A DNA stretch of 61,067 nucleotides, counting the filler. It is 5 parts of 5 records of this genome, joined end to end, with 100 filler letters (N's around TTAATTAATTAA, not from the genome) between each part and the next. Parts side by side here need not be neighbours in the genome. Positions count along the whole stretch, not along the records: positions 1 to 13,132 come from SRR31147125_2530; 4 more parts are not named here. The stretch is one strand, 5' to 3'. A model generated the notes under the pieces. It made no database searches and was not told the DNA's origin. It saw only the letters and a list, made by a program, of their open reading frames with translations. Below are positions 1 through 10,380 of the stretch, piece by piece. Made by a program: the position numbers and the translations under genes. Numbering within the stretch: the stretch's first letter is position 1; the number at the start of each line of letters is the position of its first letter.

Positions 1-2044
1 CATTTACATTTTTTGATTCAATTGAGTTTAGCTTATTAAGCAAACGCTCTTCTGAATATTGATTATTGTCTGGATCCATCGCTTCATTTACTCCGTCTGT
101 ATAAAGGAAAACAATATCTCCTTTTTCCAATTTATCTTCTTCTAATATATAGTTAAAGTCAGACATCCCCCCTAATACAAATCCTCTTTTAGGTTCAATA
201 TAGGAGAATTTATCTTCTTTTACTCTATAAATCAATGGAGGATTATGACCTGCATTTGAGTAAGTCAATTCGCCTGTTTTCAAGTCAATCATGAATATTA
301 TACTTGTTGTAAACAAAAACTCGTCGTTATCTTCACACAGCATATTATTAGCATTTATAAACACTTTTTCCGGTGTAATATTCCTTAGAGCTTCATTTTT
401 TACTAATACTTTTGATATAACCATAAACAGTGATGCTGGAACTCCCTTCCCAGAAACATCTCCAATAGTAAAGCAAAATTTATCCTCTGTAACAAAGAAA
501 AAGTCAAAATAATCCCCTCCAACATCTTTTGCCGGATCCATACTTCCAAATATACTTATATCTTTTCTGTGAGGAAATGGTGGGAATATTCTAGGTAACA
601 TACTTGCTTGGATTCTATGAGCAACTTGAAGTTCTCCCTCTATTCTCTCTTTTGCAGCAGTTGTTTCTTTCAGGTCACTAATATATTTCTTTAAATCAGA
701 TGTCATGGTATTATAGGTATCTGCTAAAATCTCAAGCTCATCATGAGTGTTAATCTCTATTTTTGTATCAAGATTTCCTACACCTAGTTTTGATACACCA
801 TCTGTTAATTTCAAAATAGGTTCCACTAATAGGTTTGCAAATTTGTTTGAAACCAAAAGAACTACTAATATAACCATTGCAAAGATAACCATTAACCAAG
901 TTAGAGTTTTTTGAAAACTTGCTTTTGAATAGTTGGCTATAATTGCTCCGGCTTCATCTATCTCAGATGTTGTTATGTCCACATATTTCATAATTTCATC
1001 TGTTTTTGCAAGTAAGACTATTGACCAGTTGGTACTTTCAATTGGTGAGAAAGCTGATATCCTTTCTTTATTATTAAAACTCAGCTCATATACACCAGTT
1101 TTTTCCGTTTTAACTTTCTCTCCTAACTTCTTAATCTCTTCATTTGATGAAGTACAAATATTTTCATCACTACCAATAGCTTTTTTTATGCCTGAATCTA
1201 ACCTTGAATAAGTAAGGACTTTTCCAGTGTTATCAATTATAAATGCTTCTCCTATATCCTTAACCTGTGTAGATAGAATATCTAGCATAGCATTTAAAGT
1301 TATATCTATTCCAATAACACCCTTTAATTTCCCTTTCTTATCATGAACCGGATTATAGCAAGTAATTGCAAAATCATTAGAAGCAATATCAACATAAAGC
1401 TCTGACCAACCTAATTCTTTTTTCTCTTTTGCTTCTTGGTACCATGGCCGAAGTCTTGCATCGTAATCTTCATTATAATAAGCTAGCCATGTCATGTTAT
1501 AAAATACACCTGATTCCGTTGCAAAGTAAACCCCATCTACAGATAAAGGGAGTATATCTAATATTTTATTATTAGATACAATTGATTTGAATAAAGTGTT
1601 CAACTGCCCATAGGTATTAATATCTTTTTTAACTCTACTTTCTTTTACCCCAGGTGCCAAACTATAGTAAAAATCTAAGTTTGGATTTTCGGTTGTTTTA
1701 CTAAGTTTCCTATAATTTTTATTATTTATCTCCGGATTATCTCTTAAGAGATTTTCTGCATAGTCTGTAGCCATCCTTATTTGAGCTTCTATAGTTTTAA
1801 AAATATAGTTACTATTTGCAGCCTGTGACACAACCAACCTTTTTAGATAAGTATTCGCCTGTTGCTTTAATCCCTCTTCACTAGTGCTAGAAGCTTTGTT
1901 CTTTAAATCAGTAATTGATTTAATAGAGTTAGCCTCTTCCTTAATAATTGTATATCTACTTGCAGCTAAAAATAAAGAGAGTGATAGTACCGAAATAGTC
2001 AAAATAATCGTTATGACTTTATTTCTAATTCTGAATTGTTTCAT
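1..2044 (-). CDS. Membrane SpoIIE/RsbU-type PP2C phosphatase (TM, Cache-like extracellular domain, TM, HAMP, SpoIIE); 3' end runs off the window
   Basis: Absent from the ORF track because no stop lies in the window. ATG at 2044 follows an AAGGGGG RBS and reads MKQFRIRNKVITIILTISVLSLSLFL. PP2C motifs PAKDVGGDYFDF, IGDVSGKGVPASLFM, YSNAGHNPP and FLYTDGVNEA are present, as are Cache-like YDARLRPWY and WSELYVD. Confidence 0.9.
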   Translation of the reverse strand, partial: MKQFRIRNKVITIILTISVLSLSLFLAASRYTIIKEEANSIKSITDLKNKASSTSEEGLKQQANTYLKRLVVSQAANSNYIFKTIEAQIRMATDYAENLLRDNPEINNKNYRKLSKTTENPNLDFYYSLAPGVKESRVKKDINTYGQLNTLFKSIVSNNKILDILPLSVDGVYFATESGVFYNMTWLAYYNEDYDARLRPWYQEAKEKKELGWSELYVDIASNDFAITCYNPVHDKKGKLKGVIGIDITLNAMLDILSTQVKDIGEAFIIDNTGKVLTYSRLDSGIKKAIGSDENICTSSNEEIKKLGEKVKTEKTGVYELSFNNKERISAFSPIESTNWSIVLLAKTDEIMKYVDITTSEIDEAGAIIANYSKASFQKTLTWLMVIFAMVILVVLLVSNKFANLLVEPILKLTDGVSKLGVGNLDTKIEINTHDELEILADTYNTMTSDLKKYISDLKETTAAKERIEGELQVAHRIQASMLPRIFPPFPHRKDISIFGSMDPAKDVGGDYFDFFFVTEDKFCFTIGDVSGKGVPASLFMVISKVLVKNEALRNITPEKVFINANNMLCEDNDEFLFTTSIIFMIDLKTGELTYSNAGHNPPLIYRVKEDKFSYIEPKRGFVLGGMSDFNYILEEDKLEKGDIVFLYTDGVNEAMDPDNNQYSEERLLNKLNSIESKNVN

Positions 2045-2125
2045 AATTCCCCCTTGAATATAATTAAAGCTATACAACCAACTTGATATGATTATTCCTC
2101 TTCCTAGCGTTAATTTATTTACTTA

Positions 2126-3262
2126 TCAAAACTCTATATCCAAATTTAATTTTTTATTTTTGTTTTGCTCAAATCTTTCAAAACCATAATTTATTAGCCT
2201 GTCTAAAAAATCATCAACTTTTATCCCCATACTTTCCCACACCCTGATAAAGGTTCCGTGAGTTTCTAAACCTGGTATACTGTTTATCTCATTTAAATAA
2301 ATGTTATCGCCACAGAGAAAAAAGTCTAATCTTGCAAATCCGGATAACTCAAATGAATCAAAAATTGTTCTACTATACTCTTTTATTTTCTCTTCCAAAT
2401 TATGCGGTATCTCCGCCGGAATAATTCCTTTTCTTGCATTTATTCCATATTTAGCCTCAAAGTCAAAAAAATCATCTTTATAGTTATTAAACTCCCCGAG
2501 CATGCTTATTTGCAAATCGCCTTTTAACCCACAAACTCCCACCGTTATCTCTCGTGGATTACCCACAGCTTCTTCAACTATAATTTTATCATCAAACTCC
2601 AAGCAATCATTAACACTGGAACTCAATGACTCCTTATTTACAATTTGATGAATTCCAATTGAGGAGCCTAATCTTGCAGGTTTAATATAGAGTGGTAAAT
2701 CAAAATTATTCTCTACATAATTTAATATCTCTTTTTTACTTGTTTTCCATTTATTTTTATGAATTGTATAGTGACTTGTAACAGGAATGCCTTTTGATTT
2801 GCAAATAAGTTTTGTAGATACTTTATCTATTGACAAAGCTGAGGCCAGAACTCCACAGCCCACATATGGAGTTTTCATAAATTCAAGCAAACCCTGAACG
2901 GTACCATCTTCACCATTTAAACCATGAAATATAGGAAATACAATATCATATTCTTTATTCGATAAACTTAGCAAAAAATTCTTATCACTTATGGTTTTGA
3001 GAACAATCTCTTTTAAATCTTGATAATTCAAATCATTTAGAAAAATTTTTTCTCCAAACTTATCTACTAAAGAGTTAATAACGTCTTTACTTTTTTCTAT
3101 TGAGGCAAACTTACCATTTTTATCTATATATACAGATGAAATTCTATATTTTTCCTTGTTTAAGTTCAGTATTACATGCATTGCAGAGACTATTGATATA
3201 TCATGTTCCGTTGAATTACCTCCGAATAAAACTGCAATATCTATTTGCTTGCCCATAAGCAT
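2126..3262 (-). CDS. ddl: D-alanine--D-alanine ligase family (ATP-grasp)
   Basis: Motifs GGNSTEHDISIVSA, FHGLNGEDGTVQGLLE, KPARLGSSIGI, FEAKY, ARLDFF and NEINSIPG. Confidence 0.9.
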   Translation of the reverse strand: MLMGKQIDIAVLFGGNSTEHDISIVSAMHVILNLNKEKYRISSVYIDKNGKFASIEKSKDVINSLVDKFGEKIFLNDLNYQDLKEIVLKTISDKNFLLSLSNKEYDIVFPIFHGLNGEDGTVQGLLEFMKTPYVGCGVLASALSIDKVSTKLICKSKGIPVTSHYTIHKNKWKTSKKEILNYVENNFDLPLYIKPARLGSSIGIHQIVNKESLSSSVNDCLEFDDKIIVEEAVGNPREITVGVCGLKGDLQISMLGEFNNYKDDFFDFEAKYGINARKGIIPAEIPHNLEEKIKEYSRTIFDSFELSGFARLDFFLCGDNIYLNEINSIPGLETHGTFIRVWESMGIKVDDFLDRLINYGFERFEQNKNKKLNLDIEF

Positions 3263-3270
3263 TTCCACCT

Positions 3271-5650
3271 TTATTTAGTTTTTATTGTAACAGTATTTTT
3301 ACTTACAATTAAATATATTATCGAACATACAATTATCATTACTCCTATAAAAAAATTCCCCTGGAAAAACCAAAAAAAGTTATAAAAAAACTACATATTA
3401 TTGGGGAAACTACCATTATAAATCTTTCATAAGAATTGTAAATACTCATGAATTTAGCTTCTCCTATCTCTTTGGCTTTATCTGTGGAAGTAATGAACGA
3501 CTCTTCAGCAGCATCTGCTATCATACTTCCTAGAGATATCCCTGAAATAACCAGAACAAAACCTGTAATTCCACTGGAAAACCTTAAAATCAATAAGAAA
3601 GCACCTATTATAAAACTTCCAAATGCAATAAACAATCTGTCATTTTTATAACGTGCAACCTGTTTACTAACTATTGGCATCAATAAATAAACTAAACCAA
3701 ATATAGTCAGTATTCTACCTATATCAGCTTGAGATATCCCCTTTTCATTCATAAATAGAGGCATCATAAACTGAAAAACACCAACATATACAATATGAAA
3801 TGGAAATAATCTAAAGAAAAAATTTGAAAATACATTTCTATCTGTAAAGATATTTAATGTCTCTTTAAAAGACAACTCTGATTCTTTGATCTTTTCTTTG
3901 TCAATCTTCATATCATTTATATATACCGTTGTAAATAATAAAAGTATTGCTGAAACTGATGCTGATGTAAGTAGTGAAGTCATAAAACCAAACCTAAATA
4001 CTAATATTCCACCAATTGGGATTGCGCAAATAGATGCCGCTCCATAACCACTTGCCCAGAATCCAAATCCAATGGCAACCTGCCCTCTCTTAAAACGTCT
4101 CAAAATTAGAGAAGTAGAGTTGATTGTTATACCTCCATAACCAATTCCAGATAAGAGTCTGAATAGAGATAGATTCACTATTGTATTTGAAAACGCCGCA
4201 CCACTGGCACCAATTATTAGTAACAACGAACACCAGATAAACACTTTTTTCTCTGATATCTTGTGAGATGCATATCCCACTGCAAGTACTGATATCGCCG
4301 ATCCAAACATATATGCTGCAATAGGTAAACCTATAATCATATCTTTGGTCATGTTAAAAATCTGCACTGGATTATCCTTATATATTTTCTCAATTAATAA
4401 TGGGATAAATGAAATTGACATCATTTCTGCAAAGTAGAATATAAATGCTATAAGTTGAATCATCACTTTCTCATTTTCATCATCACAGTTTTCAGATATG
4501 AAGTTACACTTTTTGATGCTTGACATTAATAAAAAATGATAACTTATTACAATAGATATTATTAGCATTGTTAAAGAATCAAATATCAACTCTTTAGTTT
4601 TTTTCCTAATCAAACCTTCATCTAAATTAATTGAAATGTTCACCTGTTTTGTTTTAATTAGAAGTGAATAGTTTCTATTATATTTTTTATCAATTTTTAC
4701 TTCCTCAAATTTTAAAGTATTTGAGTCGAAAATGCTGCGTGTTCCTCCCTTACTATCAGCTGAGAAAATCATGTTATTTGATATATCCAAGATATATACT
4801 TCCGAGGCTTCTGGAACCTCCTCTAATTCACTAAGCAAATACTTATCAAAACCCTTTAAATCACTTACATTTAAATTAAGCTTTGAATAATATTCAAGTT
4901 CAGTTTCTATAGATTTTGATAGATTGTCTATATTACTATTTAAAGTATATATATACTTTTTCTCAAAATAACCTATATTAAAATATGAATATGCTATCTG
5001 AGCTACAATAAACAAACTTAATATAGCGATAAAGTTTCCCTTTGCTGCTTTTTTTCTGATTCAAATGTCAGCGCTTTAATAACCAACATTAATATAAATA
5101 TTGATACCCCTAGAGCATAAAGAAATATTTCGATACTCTCCTCAATCATTTCAACTACACTTCTATTTATTAACTCTTTATTAAACTCAATAAAGGCATA
5201 ACCCTCAATCGTTTTTCCTTCAAGATATATTGGTGAGCCAACATAGTACTTGTCCTTTATTCTAGTTACTTTGGTCTTTTCGTTTGCATCATTTGATATT
5301 AAATCATCAATTATATATCTATTTACATAACTTTCGTCATGACTATAATAAATTTTACCGTTTTTTGAACTAATAAAGACGTTTGATATCTGAGATTCAG
5401 AAGTTAATATTTCATCGAAATATGTCTCAATTCCATTGAATTTATAGAGTGGTTTTCCAAGATTAAGCGCTGTTTCGATTTTTGTGCTTAAGTTTCGATT
5501 TATAAAAATATATTTTGATATCACAGAGTTACGAAACACATCTTCGAATGAAGAGATACTTAAAAGAAAATTTATAGTTAATGACACTGTAAGAATTACA
5601 ATTGATACTATTAATAGTTTAAATTTACTTCCATTTAATCGCAACTGCAA
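3271..5650 (-). CDS. Reconstructed ~790-aa fusion: two TM-flanked extracytoplasmic modules plus an MFS transporter (two apparent 1-nt homopolymer deletions)
   Basis: ORFs 5018-5650 and 3345-5015 join if one base is added to the 7-mer run at 5049-5055 (EKKAAKGNFIAILSLFIVAQ). One base added near 3350 restores the last TM helix (GIFFIGVMIIVCSIIYLIV) and a stop at 3271. The C-terminal ~400 aa are MFS-like (FRLLSGIGYGG). Confidence 0.75.
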
Positions 5651-5665
5651 TCACCTTCAATCTAT

Positions 5666-6316
5666 TTATTTTCCTATTTTTCCTTGGAATATAAAATATA
5701 ATGGTAGTAATAAAAATATTGCTAAACTTATATACTGATTTACAAAAACAATTATTATTGCAATAAAATATATTATAGGACCAATTAAGATTTTAGCGTG
5801 AACTTTTCTTATAAAATCTTTATCTACTTCATGTGTAGTTAACCTGTTATCTTTCGTAGCATAATGCCAATGAAACCAGAGCACAACACCAATTAAAATT
5901 AGATTGATTCCGTAACAAATTACGGGTATTTTCATAGTATGATAGTTCCCCAATAAAGCAGTTGAAAAAGGTAACATTGAAACAAACATCAAAAATAAAA
6001 TATTTATCCATAGAAAGTTTCTATCAGTTTTATCTATAAAAATATACTGATTATGATGTCCAATCCAATAGACTCCCAATATTATGAAACTAATAACAAA
6101 ACTAACTAACATTGGAATACGTTCAATCAACGCAGCTGCCAAATCAACATGATCCCCGTGAAGTTCAGGAACCTTTATTTCAAGAACCAATAATGTCATA
6201 ACAATAGCAAATATTCCGTCACTAAGTGCCTCGATTCTTCCAGATGTTAATGGCTTTATAAATTTTCTTTCATTATTCTCGCTATTTTTATTAATTGACT
6301 TTTGATTTTTTCCCAT
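5666..6316 (-). CDS. TMEM175 (DUF1211) family potassium channel
   Basis: Signature RIEALSDGIFAIVMTLLVL, then SFIILGVYWIGHH and FVSMLPFST; about 6 TM helices; AGGAGG RBS. Confidence 0.9.
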   Translation of the reverse strand: MGKNQKSINKNSENNERKFIKPLTSGRIEALSDGIFAIVMTLLVLEIKVPELHGDHVDLAAALIERIPMLVSFVISFIILGVYWIGHHNQYIFIDKTDRNFLWINILFLMFVSMLPFSTALLGNYHTMKIPVICYGINLILIGVVLWFHWHYATKDNRLTTHEVDKDFIRKVHAKILIGPIIYFIAIIIVFVNQYISLAIFLLLPLYFIFQGKIGK

Positions 6317-6331
6317 GGCTTCCTCCTAAAA

Positions 6332-6374
6332 GGCTTTGCATAATTTTAGTGCTCTACTTTAAATATGCAAAGCC
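6332..6374 (-). terminator. Intra-operon hairpin followed by U4, immediately before the TMEM175 RBS
   Basis: Perfect 11-bp inverted repeat GGCTTTGCATA/TATGCAAAGCC, followed on the minus strand by TTTT-AGGAGG. Confidence 0.5.
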
Positions 6375-6394
6375 ATATTTAGTTTTTAAACTGA

Positions 6395-6955
6395 TTATTC
6401 ATTCTTAGATAATATCTCTATTATTTTTTTTGCAAACAGATGGCAATGTCCACCTGTTCTTGCAGTTACTAAATCACCATCAACTACAACATCTTCATCT
6501 TGATAATTTATTCCCATATTTTTAGCGTCACCTAATAGATTATTATGTACTACAGCTTTTCTACCTCTAACTAATTCGGGAGTAGGAGCTACTAGCCACA
6601 TTCCGTGACATATAATTCCTTTGATAATCTTTTTATTATCAAAAGCTCTCTTTAAAAATTCTGTTGCTGGAGGTAATTTTTCTATGTCTTCCGTATATCT
6701 CAGTCTATCAGATACTATTCCAGCAGGAACAATAATTGCATCATAAGAAGCTAACTCCTCATCTGACATCCCTTCAAAAGTCTCATTACAAGACATTGGA
6801 ACTTTATACTCATGACCATAAAACTCTATAGAATCATTTCCCCATAAACGAGTTAAGAAGTGTAAATCATAGCCCTCTTCTGCAAATCTAAATTTGTAAT
6901 AGAAAATTTCATTTTCATAAAAATCACCTTCAAAAAGGATTCCTATTTTTTTCAT
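6395..6955 (-). CDS. DJ-1/PfpI family protein
   Basis: Motifs YDAIIVPAG, nucleophile-elbow IICHG and DVVVDGDLVTAR. Confidence 0.9.
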   Translation of the reverse strand: MKKIGILFEGDFYENEIFYYKFRFAEEGYDLHFLTRLWGNDSIEFYGHEYKVPMSCNETFEGMSDEELASYDAIIVPAGIVSDRLRYTEDIEKLPPATEFLKRAFDNKKIIKGIICHGMWLVAPTPELVRGRKAVVHNNLLGDAKNMGINYQDEDVVVDGDLVTARTGGHCHLFAKKIIEILSKNE

Positions 6956-6965
6956 TTTCCATCTC

Positions 6966-7751
6966 CTACTTTCTCAAATCATCAAGAGCATCTATTGCTC
7001 CATTTGCAGCAGTTATAAGTAACAGAACATCTATTCCAATTATTATATTTTGGAACCCTTGAGCTACTCTTTCTCTTACTTGTGCTGGATCAAGAGTGAT
7101 TATCCCAGCTGGTACATTATTTCTTTTACAAGCTTCTAGAACTTTTTGAACCGCTCCTTCTACTTCTGGATCAGCAGTCTGACCTAGTTTACCCATACTT
7201 CCTGATAAATCAAGCGCTCCTACCATAATAGAGTCAACACCTGGCACTTGTAGAATATTGTCAATATCATTCACTGCATCTATATGCTCAATCATTAGAA
7301 TTGTCATTACTTCATCATTTGCAGACCCCATATACTCACCCATTGTAAGTCCATAACCCTGCGCTCTTCCAAGTCCTGCACCACGCTCTCCCATTGGCGG
7401 ATATTTCATTGCTTTTACAGCTTCTTCTGCTTCCTCTTTACTTCTAATTAGCGGAACTATAATTCCGTCAGGCCCTGTATCAAGCACTCTTTTTATCATC
7501 GTTTTATCATTCCAAGGTACTCTTACCACCGTTGTACAGTCAGCTCCATTTGTTGTTTGAAGCATCGCTAAAACACTCTCATCACTCATAGGAGTATGTT
7601 CAGCCTCTACCCAGACCCAATCAAAATTCATATGTGATAATATCTCAGATACAACAGGATTACTCATAGTTATAGTGCACCCAAAACAAACTTTACCTGC
7701 CTCTAAATCTCTTTTCAATTTATTTGGTTCTCTTAGCGCTTTTGCGTTCAT
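6966..7751 (-). CDS. HpcH/HpaI class II aldolase family
   Basis: Motifs FDWVWVEAEH, VVRVPWND, IKRVLDTG, KYPPMGERG, MIEH and VGALDLS. Confidence 0.9.
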   Translation of the reverse strand: MNAKALREPNKLKRDLEAGKVCFGCTITMSNPVVSEILSHMNFDWVWVEAEHTPMSDESVLAMLQTTNGADCTTVVRVPWNDKTMIKRVLDTGPDGIIVPLIRSKEEAEEAVKAMKYPPMGERGAGLGRAQGYGLTMGEYMGSANDEVMTILMIEHIDAVNDIDNILQVPGVDSIMVGALDLSGSMGKLGQTADPEVEGAVQKVLEACKRNNVPAGIITLDPAQVRERVAQGFQNIIIGIDVLLLITAANGAIDALDDLRK

Positions 7752-7796
7752 CGATTCATCTCCTTATAATTAATTTTTTCTAAATCCCTTATTTAT

Positions 7797-8981
7797 TTAA
7801 AGTATTTCAAGTAACTTACTTCTTACATTTTCGTCACTTACTCTTTCAGCGATATTTCTTTGTGTTGTTCCTGCAAAATCCTCTATATCACTTCTCCCCC
7901 CATGATCCATAAACCATTTTGTCTGTTCCAAATACCCAGCAAATTTATCCGGGCTTGCAGTACTTGCTCTTAAAACTGTATCATGAAGTGCTGTTAAGCC
8001 ATTAACTACTGGAATTTCATTTATTGCATCAGTTAAAGCTTCAGGTGTCATATACTCTGCACACATTTTCATTATATCCAGATGATTAAATACCGCTGCC
8101 CTGATAATAGTTTGAGCTCCCATTGGATGATTTTCATGTTTAGCTGGATCTGCTCCATTCTTCAATAAAATTTCTGCTGTTTTATCTCTCATTTTTTTAA
8201 CAGCAGGAATAGTTGGAAGTCCGTTATTCCCTGTAACTGTTACTACTAAAGCTGGTTGCCCAAGTGCTCCTCCCAATCTATTTACATCTGCTCCTTTTAC
8301 CTCTACTAACTCCTGAATAGTACTAAGTGAATCCTCTACAGAATCTGGATTGTCAAAAGCGGCCTTTATTCCACTCTCAATTTCAGAGACAAGTTTATCA
8401 CTTAAATCTTGTGCAGTTTTTTCGTTTTCAGGAACCACTGGAGCTATTTTTGCTAAATAAGTTTTATAATACTCTGCTTTTGCCTCTTTTGAACTATCGT
8501 ATGGCTTAATCGTTTCAACCATTGCATGGTTTTGAAACTGAGCTCCCATCTCAAGAGGTCCTAATCCCCGTGCAGTTGTAATAGAAGTATCTGCTCCTTT
8601 TTTAACCAAATAATCAGCTAATTTTACATGTCCGTAAAATGATGCCTGAAGTAAAATTGTATGGCCATTTAAGTCCCAAACCGAATCTATATGTTCCGGC
8701 TTTTTCTTCAATATTACTTCTGCTGTTTCGATACTACCTGAATGTCCCGCTAAATGAATTGCCAAAGCTTCAGACAACTGATGCCCCATCTCTATATCTG
8801 CTCTGTTATCAAGCAAAATTTCCACTATATCTGCATGCCCTCGTGCAGCTCCCCAAAGAAGTGGAGTCCAACCATCACTGGCATATTGGTTAGGATCGTT
8901 TCCTGCATCAAGCCATTTTTTTAATTCGCCAACATTCCCTTGCTTAGCTTGTTCAATCGCATAATTTATAGAATTATCCAT
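7797..8981 (-). CDS. Ankyrin-repeat protein
   Basis: GWTPLLWGAARGHADIVEILLDNRAD, GHTILLQASFYGHVKLADYLVKKGAD and NGLTALHD. Confidence 0.85.
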   Translation of the reverse strand: MDNSINYAIEQAKQGNVGELKKWLDAGNDPNQYASDGWTPLLWGAARGHADIVEILLDNRADIEMGHQLSEALAIHLAGHSGSIETAEVILKKKPEHIDSVWDLNGHTILLQASFYGHVKLADYLVKKGADTSITTARGLGPLEMGAQFQNHAMVETIKPYDSSKEAKAEYYKTYLAKIAPVVPENEKTAQDLSDKLVSEIESGIKAAFDNPDSVEDSLSTIQELVEVKGADVNRLGGALGQPALVVTVTGNNGLPTIPAVKKMRDKTAEILLKNGADPAKHENHPMGAQTIIRAAVFNHLDIMKMCAEYMTPEALTDAINEIPVVNGLTALHDTVLRASTASPDKFAGYLEQTKWFMDHGGRSDIEDFAGTTQRNIAERVSDENVRSKLLEIL

Positions 8982-9027
8982 CTCTATATTTTCCCTCCCG
9001 CTGATTTGTCTTAATATTCACATATTT

Positions 9028-9848
9028 TTACCAACCGAATCTTTTAATCCACCTCTTAAAACTTCTAGTAATTTAGCACCACATTGATACGATGATGCTG
9101 TTGACCTACTTGTTATAAAAGGGTAGTCAACAATAACAGAAGTTTTATTTCCTACATTTCCAATATACTCTCCTTCATCCCCAACTGCATCCCGAAGAAT
9201 ATACTCTAAAGGGTATGGGGGAGGTCCCATGTTGAAGTCAACGCCAAGAAATCCCGTTCCATCTTTATAATCATACTCTATTGGGTGACCTGTTACTCTT
9301 TTACCTTTAATTATGCTTTCTCTATTTCTAACATCCCTGGCAAAGGCTAAACAAGCAACACCGTAACACTCTGCTGCAATAACTTTATCTAAATTTTTAA
9401 ATGCTAATATTAAATCATGAACTCTTTGATTATTAACTAAATCTACTATTGGTCCACTTCCTCCTACTATTAATAAGGCATCATATTCAATTAATTTTTC
9501 TTCGACCTCTTCTAGAGAGTGATAATACTCTTCCAACAAACTTAAGTAATTTTGTGAGCTCATATAAGGTCTCTCTGGAACAAAAGCTGCTAATGAAGCT
9601 GGTTCATTCAACCTATCACTAGCATCAAGCTCCATAACTCTTTGTGCCATTTCAGCAGTTGTTACTTTCCTTCCTAATGGCGGATCAATATATGTAGAAT
9701 CTATACTTGGTGGAAGTGGTCTAGGTTTTTTCCCATTTCCTGTCATAAAAACAAGCTTATAGCCTGCTTCTTTCAAGACATCCATTGGATCTACTAACTC
9801 CTCGCCCCAGTAACCATATTCTGATAATAAAACTAAGATTTTTTTCAC
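9028..9848 (-). CDS. DJ-1/PfpI (class I glutamine amidotransferase-like) protein
   Basis: Motifs SEYGYWGEEL, YDALLIVGGSG, AAECYG and VDYPFITSRS. GTG start overlaps the upstream stop (GTGA). One extra A near 9043 gives the end GLKRFGW-stop at 9028; the track ORF ends at 9018. Confidence 0.85.
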
Positions 9849-10366
9849 AGTGTATTTCCTCCTCTCCACTTATTAAAATACACTCTATCAGCATCATATC
9901 TATCTTTTACTTCTCTAACTGATTTTGGGTAACCAATTGAAAGTATACAGTATGGAATTACTCCACCGTCTATAGCAAGTGTATCCTTTACATGCTGTAC
10001 TCTTTTTTCATCAGGATAAACTGCTAACCATACTGAACCAAGTTCATTTGCAGTTACCTCAATTAATATATTCTCTGTGGCAGCTGCGCAATCCATTGTC
10101 CAGTAATCGTCATCGAATATATTTTTGCTTGGGTCGGCACATACTACAATTGCAAGCTGTGCTTTCTCAACCATTTTGCTATATGGGCTTGTATTGCTTA
10201 GTTTTTCCAGAAGAGTTTGGTCATCAACTACAACGAAATACCAAGGTTTTTCATTTCCTGCTGATGGTGCACTCATTCCAGCTGCTAAGAGTTTTTTTAC
10301 AAGCTCCTTTTCAATATTTTTATCTGTATAATCTCTAACACTAACTCTTTTAAATACTGCGTCCAT
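9845..10366 (-). CDS. Nitroreductase family protein
   Basis: Motifs KRVSVRDY, APSAGNEKPW, DCAAATENIL, LGSVW and IGYP. Confidence 0.9.
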   Translation of the reverse strand: MDAVFKRVSVRDYTDKNIEKELVKKLLAAGMSAPSAGNEKPWYFVVVDDQTLLEKLSNTSPYSKMVEKAQLAIVVCADPSKNIFDDDYWTMDCAAATENILIEVTANELGSVWLAVYPDEKRVQHVKDTLAIDGGVIPYCILSIGYPKSVREVKDRYDADRVYFNKWRGGNTL

Positions 10367-10380
10367 TTCACCCTCCAATT

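Noticed and set aside
291-1211. Plus-strand ORFs 291-512 and 933-1211, and many similar short track ORFs
   Set aside because: They are antisense or off-frame shadows of well-supported genes and have no recognisable motifs.
2126-3262. Vancomycin-resistance (Van) ligase
   Set aside because: The omega-loop KY is retained and no vanH/X/R/S neighbours are visible.
5049-5056. A_AAA_AAG programmed -1 frameshift sites (here and at 58387-58394)
   Set aside because: The motif and direction fit, but about a dozen equivalent 1-nt losses at non-slippery runs make sequencing error the simpler explanation.
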